Source of the DNA: Octopus bimaculoides
Taxonomy: Eukaryota
Assembly: GCF_001194135.2 (NCBI RefSeq)
Contig: NC_068987.1
Span: 74,956,865 to 75,020,864 of the forward strand
DNA length: 64,000 nt
Direction: 5' to 3'
Below, one piece after another: positions 25,534-35,500 of the stretch. Both the position numbers and the translations under genes were made by a program. Positions within the stretch are counted from its first letter, which is position 1. Every line of letters starts with the position of its first letter. The notes beneath the pieces are model-generated. The model was not told the origin of the DNA. It did no database searches and saw only the letters and a list, made by a program, of their open reading frames with translations.

Positions 25534-26269
25534 NNNNNNNNNNNNNNNNNNNNNNNNNNNNNNNNNNNNNNNNNNNNNNNNNNNNNNNNNNNNNNNNNNN
25601 NNNNNNNNNNNNNNNNNNNNNNNNNNNNNNNNNNNNNNNNNNNNNNNNNNNNNNNNNNNNNNNNNNNNNNNNNNNNNNNNNNNNNNNNNNNNNNNNNNNN
25701 NNNNNNNNNNNNNNNNNNNNNNNNNNNNNNNNNNNNNNNNNNNNNNNNNNNNNNNNNNNNNNNNNNNNNNNNNNNNNNNNNNNNNNNNNNNNNNNNNNNN
25801 NNNNNNNNNNNNNNNNNNNNNNNNNNNNNNNNNNNNNNNNNNNNNNNNNNNNNNNNNNNNNNNNNNNNNNNNNNNNNNNNNNNNNNNNNNNNNNNNNNNN
25901 NNNNNNNNNNNNNNNNNNNNNNNNNNNNNNNNNNNNNNNNNNNNNNNNNNNNNNNNNNNNNNNNNNNNNNNNNNNNNNNNNNNNNNNNNNNNNNNNNNNN
26001 NNNNNNNNNNNNNNNNNNNNNNNNNNNNNNNNNNNNNNNNNNNNNNNNNNNNNNNNNNNNNNNNNNNNNNNNNNNNNNNNNNNNNNNNNNNNNNNNNNNN
26101 NNNNNNNNNNNNNNNNNNNNNNNNNNNNNNNNNNNNNNNNNNNNNNNNNNNNNNNNNNNNNNNNNNNNNNNNNNNNNNNNNNNNNNNNNNNNNNNNNNNN
26201 NNNNNNNNNNNNNNNNNNNNNNNNNNNNNNNNNNNNNNNNNNNNNNNNNNNNNNNNNNNNNNNNNNNNN
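25534..26269. other. Assembly gap (largest of ten)
   Basis: N runs at 3986-4120, 14274-14283, 23884-24294, 25534-26269, 29630-29721, 36898-37273, 50021-50076, 52408-52417, 61479-61488, 62344-62353. Confidence 0.99.
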
Positions 26270-26525
26270 GTAGTGGGTGTTTTTACGTGTCACTTGCACG
26301 AAGGCCAGTCAGGCGATACTGGCAACGGCCACGCTCAAATGGTGTATTTTATGTGCCACCCGCACAAGAGCCAGTCCAGGGGCACTGGCAATGATCTCGC
26401 TCGAAAGTCCATTACACATGCCACGGGCATAAGTGCCAGAAAGGCGACGTTGGGCACAGGTGCCATCCCGATTTCGCTTTCGCTTGCCCCAATAAGTCTT
26501 CGCAAGCTGAGTTTCGTATCCAATG
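26270..26525 (-). mobile_element. Family A repeat 5' portion; remainder in gap 25534-26269
   Basis: Homologous to 34215-34480 in opposite orientation. Confidence 0.75.
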
Positions 26526-27167
26526 ATATAATGGAAATGCTTTCATTAATCAATTAAAGGAGTCGCTTGAAACGGCCATAATGAATTGACACCTGCACAT
26601 CTTTGTTACTTGTTTATATTTTATTCACCCACCCTGGAATCTGCACTTCTGGAATATTATTAGAGAATGTATTTTTATATAAAGTACATGTCTGAAACAA
26701 CTAAGAACCAATCTCTTCACTAAGTTGGGTCATCTTATATGAATACACTGAAAGGATATCAAGTGCAAACACTTCTGCACAGAGTTTGATATTCATCTGA
26801 TATTGTTTGGTTGTGCAAATTAGATCGACTTAATTTAAGTACCTAATTCAACTGAACCTTAACTCTATATGTAGACATATATACGTGAACATGTACATAC
26901 GACAGGCTTCCACAGTTTCTGGCTACCAAATTCACTCACACGGCATTGATTGTCCCAGAGCTATACAAGAAGACACTAATCTAAGGAGCTGCAACAATGC
27001 AACTGAAAGTGAAACTCCAATTGCAAAGCAAGCTTCTTAACCACATAACCACGTCTGGAATTGTTTGTTTGTTTGTATATTTATTTATTGCTTTTTAATT
27101 TCTCAACTAATGTTTTGCTTTGATAAAAGATACATGCAAATGAATCTTCATTTCCGTTAAGAGTATT

Positions 27168-27636
27168 GGCAATCAATCGTTTTGAGTCTCAAGCTTTTCA
27201 AGATTCGTTCGTTAGTTCCCGTGTGCGTGGCAGCATGTGTTGTCAACGATAGACACATGAAATATTATTACTAATACGGCTTTTTCGACGTCGATCTCGT
27301 TTTCTTCTTGGAAATTTACGAATTTTACATACACAAATGAAGCAGGTAAGAACAAACCCTAGTTGCATACACCACATTCAAGCACAAAAATGCATGCATG
27401 CATACATACATAACTTGCACATTATAAATATGCAAGGCTTTTCTCAAGTTTAAAATACGACATCGTTTTTGTTATCTACGTTCCATACACATACATACAA
27501 AAAAGAAGTATGTATATGTATGTGATATTATTTCGTGTGTTTACAGTTGAGAACATTCGCTGTCTCGCGCATGGAAACTAACGAATGAATCTTGATCAGT
27601 CGATAACAATTCTGAGACTCAAAACGATTGATTGCC
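27168..27636. mobile_element. MITE with 8-bp TSD, Merlin-like termini (GGCAA)
   Basis: Perfect 24-bp TIR GGCAATCAATCGTTTTGAGTCTCA (27168-27191 / 27613-27636); second IR block 27199-27227 / 27566-27594; TSD AGAGTATT at 27160-27167 and 27637-27644. Confidence 0.85.
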
Positions 27637-27776
27637 AGAGTATTAATTACAGACACTCTCTTGTCACTCCCACTGTCGGAAATGCAGTGGTCAGGTGATT
27701 GTTCCAAACCTCTAAACAACATTATTATCCAGAAAATGCTATCGTCATCGTCTGTTTACCATGTCATTTATTTTAC

Positions 27777-27983
27777 GGTACTACTAAAGCAGCACGGTCC
27801 CGAACGCGCAGTCGCGCGTCCGCGCTAGCTAGTCGTGAGTGGTCGACCCTAACCCTAACCCTAACCCTATCCCTAACCCGCGTGTGAAAATGAATACGTG
27901 TTTAGGGTTAGGATCGACCACTCACGACTAGCTAGCGCGGACGCACGACTGCGCGTTCGGGACCGTGCTGCTTTAGTAGTACC
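27777..27983. mobile_element. Foldback MITE with 9-bp TSD and internal telomeric repeats
   Basis: 70-bp TIR with 1 mismatch (27777-27846 / 27914-27983) continuing into (CCCTAA)n / TTAGGGTTAGG; TSD TTATTTTAC at 27768-27776 and 27984-27992. Confidence 0.9.
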
Positions 27984-28914
27984 TTATTTTACTTCAGTAC
28001 AATGTGAAATTCAGCATGATATACGTGTAAAAATCAAGAGAAAAACGAAGAAAAAAAAATTATGAAATATAAAAACAATGTTGTTCTGGTGTACCAAAAG
28101 TACATAAGCAATTGTAGATGCCAGCTACGTGGAGGCTCGTAGAAAAGAAATAATGAGAATTGAGTCGGTTTTGCAACCATACCAGCACAGCCTTATGGTC
28201 ATGTGGGAGCCAATATACTATGGGAAAATAAAGGAATTACACATTGGGTAATGTAGCCCTGGATACACTGTGACTAAATAAAAGTGGGGGTAGTCATAGA
28301 ATACCTTTTATCCTAAGTCTCTCCTATGCTTAATCTAAGCTACATAATAACTTCTCTAAGTTAGCTTAATCGATCCACTTTTCAATGGGTGTGTCATGTC
28401 ACCATACACAAGGAAAAACGTATTCACATATTAGTATAAGAATTCCCTTGTGGTTGCTCTGGATTTCCTTGTGATTGCTCGACGACTGTGAAGAAGAGTA
28501 TTGACAACGAAATAATCCAAGGCATTCTGTTGATCCTAACCTTGTTAGGCATTGTCATCATATAATTAAACACATCGACATTTATATGAATACAACAAAA
28601 GATAATGATAATCGGCAAGTCAAAATTTGACTGAAACTTGATCATGTGTGTGAAAGGAATGGCAGGATATACCGTCATGCTTTCGAAATGGGTCAGTTAC
28701 TTATGACGTCATATTACTCATCCTTTAAGTACTATTATTTTAGCATGTGATTATTCTATGCTTGTATGTACAACTAAAATATGGTATTTTGATGCTGTCA
28801 TATTACAGGTTGGGCACAGTCACTTTTTTCTAACCCAGAAAGAGCACTGAAAATATTTTTATGGTATCCTCTTGTATTCCTTTTTTTTACCGTTTCATGC
28901 TATTATTCTTGAGA

Positions 28915-29375
28915 TTTTTGGTGCTACTTTGGCATGTGATCTACAAGGGAGATTACTTTTTAGTTTACTTATCAATTTCTAAAGACCCCCCCCCATAAGA
29001 TGTTGAGTAAAGATTTTTACAATGTGATCTACAACGAGACAAAGGCAGTTGCATTTTCACAGGAAACCAGCACAAAATTCACATCATTTCTTAAGAAAAA
29101 GGAAGGTGCCACTTTGGCGTGTGATCTACAACTTAAAGGGAGATTACTTTAGGTTACTTTTTAGTTTACTTTGTGTTAGTGCTACTTTCCGTGTGATCTA
29201 CGTGAGCAAATTTACTTTGGTGGGTGATCTACGTGCTTGTTTTAACTATTATAGGGTTTTCTTATTAAAATAGTAAGAATTTTGAAAAAAATCTTACGGG
29301 ATTTTAGAAATTGAAAAGTAAACTAAAGTAATATCCCTTGCAGATCATACGCCAAAGTAGCACCGATATTTTCTT
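28915..29375. repeat. Degraded foldback element with internal subrepeats
   Basis: GGTGCTACTTTGGC..GTGATCTAC..GGGAGATTACTTT unit at ~28920, 29105, 29180, 29215 and an inverted copy at 29315-29372. Confidence 0.65.
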
Positions 29376-29767
29376 CTTAAAGAAATAAAATTAAAGTAGT
29401 TAGAAAAATATTAACATCTTTTTTACCTCAGTGTCTTTGAAAACAATTGTATCATGTCTGAATACATTAGGAAACTGACAGTAGAAGTCCTCTATTATAA
29501 TTCGGTTCATGTCTAGAATACTTTATGGTAAAGTTACCATGCATCCATATTTTTTAGGACATGTCCTGGAGTCAGGTTTCAAAATTTGCGTCAGCAAATT
29601 TTTTTAATTCTTCAAAAGATCGAAATTTCNNNNNNNNNNNNNNNNNNNNNNNNNNNNNNNNNNNNNNNNNNNNNNNNNNNNNNNNNNNNNNNNNNNNNNN
29701 NNNNNNNNNNNNNNNNNNNNNATATCATACTGATATTTCGGACTTTTGAAGAATATACATATACATA

Positions 29768-30005
29768 TATCTGTAAATAATATGTAGCAATTATTCGGTA
29801 GCCATGATAAAACTCCGAGTTTCGGATGTCGGGGCAGAAATCCACGCTGCCATCGAAAAAATGCTATAGCATTTTGAGATAGCATTTTTTCGATGGCCAG
29901 ATAACTGAAGAGATAGCGGCGTGGGTTTCCGCCCTGACATCCGAAACTCGGAGTTTTATCATGGCTACCGAATACCGAATAATTGTCACATATTATTTAC
30001 AGATA
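29768..30005. mobile_element. Palindromic MITE-like element with nested inner hairpin
   Basis: ~80-bp arms TATCTGTAAATAATATG...GCCATGATAAAACTCCGAGTTTCGGATGTC; inner perfect 19-bp IR 29849-29867 / 29879-29897; TA at both ends. Confidence 0.8.
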
Positions 30006-30270
30006 AATTCCTCTATTTACATAATTCTTTCTTTTGTTGTCTTACCTTTTCTATCAATATAACACTTGCGTAATGAGCGACAGCTAGTCAAGAAACATAT
30101 GTAACATACATTTTATCTGTTCCATTCCCTCAGTTTGGAATTTTATTCGCATTTTTAGGAGCATTAGTTGCTAACAGTAAGCTGTATAAAAATTATCAGC
30201 TTATCAAATTTCTTTGCAACTTCGATATAGGAAAAAGTGCATGACTCTTGATGTCAATAAATTGTTATTG

Positions 30271-30512
30271 ATAGGCGGCGGGCTGGCAGAAACGTTAGCA
30301 CGCCGGGTGAAATGCTTTGCGGTATTTCGTCTGTCTTTACGTTCTGAGTTCAAATTCCGCCGAGGTCGACCTTGCCTTTCATCCTTTCAGGGTCGATAAA
30401 TTAAGTACCAGTTGCGTACTAAGGATGAAAGTGAAAAGATCCTGCATACTGGAGTCGATCAAATCGACTGTCCCCCACCCAAATTTCGGGTCTTGTGCCT
30501 AGAGTAAAAAAG
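30271..30512 (+). mobile_element. tRNA-derived SINE (family C), young copy
   Basis: A/B-box head (TGGCAGAAACG; GTTCAAATTCC), central CCTTTCATCCTTTCAGGGTCGATAAATTAAGTACCAG block (Meta-domain-like, recalled); 15-bp TSD AATAAATTGTTATTG 30256-30270 / 30513-30527. Confidence 0.85.
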
Positions 30513-31009
30513 AATAAATTGTTATTGCATCTCATCATATACTATTCATTTTGCTCGCTATATTGGCTGCCTACAAACTTCCTACACACAGATCCCTGGA
30601 TCGTATTTGTATATTTACACACACGCGCACACACATACACACATATAAATGTACACACCTCTGGTGAGAACCCAATAATGTTCCAAAATCGATTGAGGCT
30701 GTTCATAAATTTTTCAGTCTTTAGAAAAATAGATAAATTTGTCATGTTTGTATGTCTACTGCCTAGGTTTACACACATACGCATAAATGTTTGAGTGTGT
30801 GTGTGCGTGTGTAGGCACAAAGTAAGTTTCTGGAGGTGTCACGTAGGGTCATGGTCACTGGCAGTGGCGATGTCCTAGATTCTGATAGTACAGATATGAC
30901 AACACCATTTTATTTGAATATGAAATAGGATACTCAATAATGCTATTTGTGTAGAATAAGACAGTTGTGACATAACTCAATTACTTTTAGTAAACTTTAC
31001 ATAAACTAT

Positions 31010-31361
31010 TTTGTATTCTCGCGAGACAATTTAAAAAAATATCTTCCACTTCCTTTAAAGAAATTTATTATCGCGAAAGCCATTGTTATTATTGTTGTAA
31101 TGTTATCCGACGTTTCGTAATTTATTTTTTTCATGTTATGTTTATTTAAACTCGTAAATATTTAAATATTGTATGAAATATTTTTTACTTATTAATTAAA
31201 ATATTAATATATTCACATTAATTAACAAAAATTTATAATTTTTTTAAATGTCTGTAGGCAGCTATTTAAAAAGACTTCTAAGAAGCTGACTAAAGTGATA
31301 TGGCGCTACTTTCAAATACCTTGTCGTTGCCGCTATTTTTATTTTGTTTTTAATTGTAAGT
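31010..31361 (+). promoter_or_regulatory. Candidate MCPH1 promoter and non-coding first exon
   Basis: Perfect palindrome TCTCGCGAGA 31017-31026, TCGCGA 31071-31076, YY1-like ATGGCG 31300-31305, CpGs retained, donor-like gtaagt 31356-31361; strong acceptor tttattccag at 32270 lies upstream of the start codon. No transcript evidence. Confidence 0.45.
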
Positions 31362-32044
31362 TGGATTATTTATATATTTTCCTGTTTTATTAACGGTAAA
31401 CACATACTGGATAGTTGTAGATTTCTCACAGAGAAATTTACAACTGCTATAAGATATATGACAACGAAAACAACACGACATAATTGTTAGGTCTACAGAT
31501 GAATTAAACATCAACTTTTTGGACTGAGACCTGTCATGTAAAATGTTTTCTTGAAGTGTTAATTCAATTTCCTTCTCTCACTTTTGCTTAATATTAATGT
31601 ATCTAGACTTTAGTGTGATTCTTGTATGTATTTAAACATTTTATTTACAGTATTTACATTACGTCTTAATCATGTTAAGTGAATTAACAAAAACAAATTG
31701 TTTGTGAATATATTGCGGAATCTAATCTAATTCATAGCTTATTCTTAACAATGATGAAATAAATAAGATAATCAATACTTTAGCCAAAATCAAGTATTAA
31801 CTCTCTGATTGATTTCGTCATTGTTAAAAATAAGCTATAGATTAGATGTCGCAATATATTCACAAACAATTTTTTTTTTTAATTCACTTAACATGATCAG
31901 GATGTGATGTAAATGTATATATTTATATAATAACAGACTTGAAGTTTGTGGGCGCGCAAGACTGGATTCATTTCATCAATATACGTAAGTCCTAGCAAAT
32001 GTGTTGAGTGCTATTTCTTTTTTGTTCACTCGTGTGTATGTGTG

Positions 32045-32112
<68 letters not shown>

Positions 32113-32418
32113 CATATTGGAAACTGAAAGGTCACAAATTGGTACTCGGAATTTCAACAGCGGAGATTTATGATGAACAGTATTTTAAAAATTACTTGGT
32201 GTGAAGCATGTTAACTGTTATTTGTTAATTCTAATGGTGTGTTTAAGTTATTTCTTACGTTTTATTCCAGGAGGATTGCTCTTTCCAGTCCCGAAAAAGA
32301 ACAATGATGCATTTGGCTAATTCGGAAGAAAATGTAATGTTTACGTATGGAATTTCCTTCCTTCAAATCTACTGTTGTTGACACGTGCTTTTCTCTGTGA
32401 ATCAAAGGAAACCTTCCC

Positions 32419-32521
32419 ATGTTATTTCCACGTGAGAAATCAATTTCAAATGTTGATTTATCTAAGTCAGCTATGATGGAAAGTTTGAAGGATACCAAAG
32501 CAAAACATGAAGTTCTTGAAG
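32419..32521 (+). CDS. MCPH1: MCPH1 coding exon 1 (start uncertain)
   Basis: First in-frame ATG after TGA 32398-32400; MLFPREKSISNVDLSKSAMMESLKDTKAKHEVLE; GAAG|gtaagg phase-1 donor joins next exon as EVLE-EVVAYVEV. Confidence 0.72.
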
Positions 32522-35500
32522 GTAAGGTATCTTATCTATTACTTGTTTCAGTTATTAGACTGCGGCCATGCTGGGGCACCGCCTTGAATTTTTAGTCGAA
32601 TGTAGCGATCCCAGCACTTATTTTTTAAAATTTGGTACTTATTGTACCGAACCGCTAGGTTACAGGGACGTAAACATACCAACACACTCATCATCATCAT
32701 CACTACTATTTAACGTCCGTTGTCCGTGCTGGCATGGGTTGGACGGTGTGACCACAGCTGGCAAGCTGAGGTGAGTGGGTGGGACGCACCAGACTCCAGT
32801 CTGATCTGATGTGGTTTCTTCGGCTGGATGCCCTTCCTAACGCCAACCACTTTACAGAGTGTGCTGGGTGCTTTTACCTGACACTGCACGGGCGCTTTTA
32901 CGTGGCGTCGCACGGGCACTTTTACGCGGCACCGCCACGAGTCCTTTACACCACTAGAAGGATCGGTCTTAACACTTCTGCTGCAGGGTGCGGGTCTTGA
33001 GTACGACCCGGCGCCAGGTGTCTCAGCCCTTTGTCACTTCGCCTGAGAAGTCCAGCTTCTTTCAATTTCTGTCTACCAGAGGCTATAGTAGAAGACACTT
33101 GCCCAAGGTATCACACAGTGAGACTGAACCCAGAACCATAAAGGCATTACAAAGAGGGGACGAACAAGGACAGACAAACATAAAAGGGGTGAAGTAGCTG
33201 TATCGATTAAATATTTACAATTTAGATACACAATAAAAATTATTTGCAATGTTCGATTGAAGTATTGTTCATTACAGATGCAATTTGTAATGGCTTTCCT
33301 GAAGGATAGGCATCCGACCATCAGGGTAGACCCCTTGCTTTTCTTTTCCCTTGTTTTTGGCTCCCACTTACCTGGTGCCAAACACTCCCAGCTTCCTCGT
33401 CACAGGCTTCCATCTTCTCATGCATCTGTCTCGTAGCAGGTACCTCTTCTCCAGCCTGATTTTACTACTGAGCTGGTAGCAAAAAAAGTTAACTAAACCC
33501 TGGCCAGATACAAAGGTATCCGTTACTATGCCTCTTACACGCATCTTCCATACTGTTTCTTTCAGTATGGCTACTACGCAGGAAAAGCAAGCCTTCCTTT
33601 CCCTGTTGAGGGAAGGAGGGAGCACAATCTTGATGATAGATTCAGCTGGCTTCTTACCACACAGCCACGCCAGTAATAAAATATTTTGTATGGAAATGTT
33701 TGATTTCATAGCTTTTATGTTGTTGTTTAGCTCCAGGTCAGACCTAACCAAGTATACACATGATCAAAAGCGCTTCAACCTGCCTTTCTTCAGACAAAAT
33801 GACATCTCAGAGAACATTATCTAATGTGCTTTCCTTTTTGAAGACAGTAGATAGTAATTTGAAGGGAATTAAACTATTTTTACCAAATGAAGCAAGCATA
33901 TAGAGCAATGGTTCTCAACCCTTTTTTTTTATCTATGGACCCCTTTGATTCTTATTTTACTGTGGTGGACCCTCCCAGCCATTCAATGCTTAAAAAATCC
34001 TATTTTTATTATTAAATATTATTGGGAATCTTATTTAAAAAATTGTTAAAATTGTTTGGTGTATTGTAGAAGTCTAAGCTATTTATTGCTCATAAATGTT
34101 AACAAAAAATCCTATGTGCACCACAAGGGCTGTATGGGTCCTGGTTGAGAATTACTGATGCAAAGGCTCTATCATTAGTTCATCATGGTACTTGGGTTTT
34201 ATGGTGTTCATGCCAACGTCGTCTTCTTCATTGGACATGAAACTTGGCTTGTGAAAACCTGTTGGGGCAAGCAAAAGTGAAATCGTGATGGCACCTGTGC
34301 CCAGCATCGCCTTCCTGGCACTTGTGCCGGTGGCACGTGTAAAGACATTCGAGCGAGATTGTGCCAGTGCTGCTGGACTGGCTCCTGTGCAGGTAGCATA
34401 TAAAATACACCATTTTGAGTGTGGCCATTGCCAGTACCACCTGACTGGCCTTCGTGCCGGTGGCACGTAAAAGCACCCACTACACTGTCGGAGTGGTTGG
34501 CGTTAGGAAGGGCATCCAGCTGTAGAAACTCTGCCAAATCAGATTGGAGCCTGGTGTAGCCATCTGGTTCACCAGTCCTCAGTCAAATCGTCCAACCCAT
34601 GCTAGCATGGAAAGCGGACGTTAAACGATGTTGATGATGATGATGATGAAGGATTGAGATGCAAAGAATTAAGGAAACACACACACTAGTATCAATTAAC
34701 CACAACAACTCCTAAGAACTATATACACACTGCAGCAGACATTACTGTAAGCAATAAATATACTCAATGATACTAGTCACAATAACACCTATCAACCACA
34801 GCAAGTAATATAAACACTGATATACACCTGCAGCAACACCTATTAACTATAATGAGGGAGACTCTGTAGGTTACTTGATTTGCTATAATTAGCAGCCAGA
34901 TCTCCTTATCACAAACTACCATAAACAAACAAACAAAAAAAAAGGGGGGATACATAGCATAATATGGTCTGGTAAAAAGATAAAAATATGGGATGGTCAT
35001 AGTTGGAATACTTTTGATAGTTGGTTGACTTGGGTGTTGAACAACGGGAATTACAGTGGAACCTGTTAACTGCATTAGTGACACCTGTTAACCGCGACAG
35101 TTATAAACAGCACGGTGACACCTGTTAACTACAATAGTTATAAACAGCACAGCGACACCTGTTAACTCTAGCAGTTATAAACAGCACAGCGACACCTGTT
35201 AACTCTAGCAGTTATAAACAGCACAGTGACACCTGTTAACTACAATAGTTATAAACAGCACAGCGACACCTGTTAACTCTAGCAGTTATAAACAGCACAG
35301 TGACACCTGTTAACTACACCATTAATAAACACAATATGCTCTCTGTGTTTGTGTGTATGTATACACATTATCTTTCACCATATTTTCTATTCCTTTTTGT
35401 TGCAGAAGTGGTAGCTTATGTGGAAGTGAGGTCCAAAAGTGAGAATCGCAGTAAAGAAGTCGCCATAGAACTGGAGAAACTAGGTGCCCGCATTTCACCC

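Noticed and set aside
27847-27912. Telomeric repeats as a relic of chromosome end fusion
   Set aside because: The tracts are very short, lie inside TIRs flanked by a TSD, and are oriented CCCTAA then TTAGGG, opposite to a head-to-head telomere fusion.
28424-28678. 84-aa minus-strand ORF with a hydrophobic segment
   Set aside because: No recognisable homology, no supporting splice partners, and a length expected by chance.
35078-35331. 37-bp repeats as a CRISPR array
   Set aside because: Units are contiguous with no unique spacers, there are no cas genes, and the context is a eukaryotic intron.
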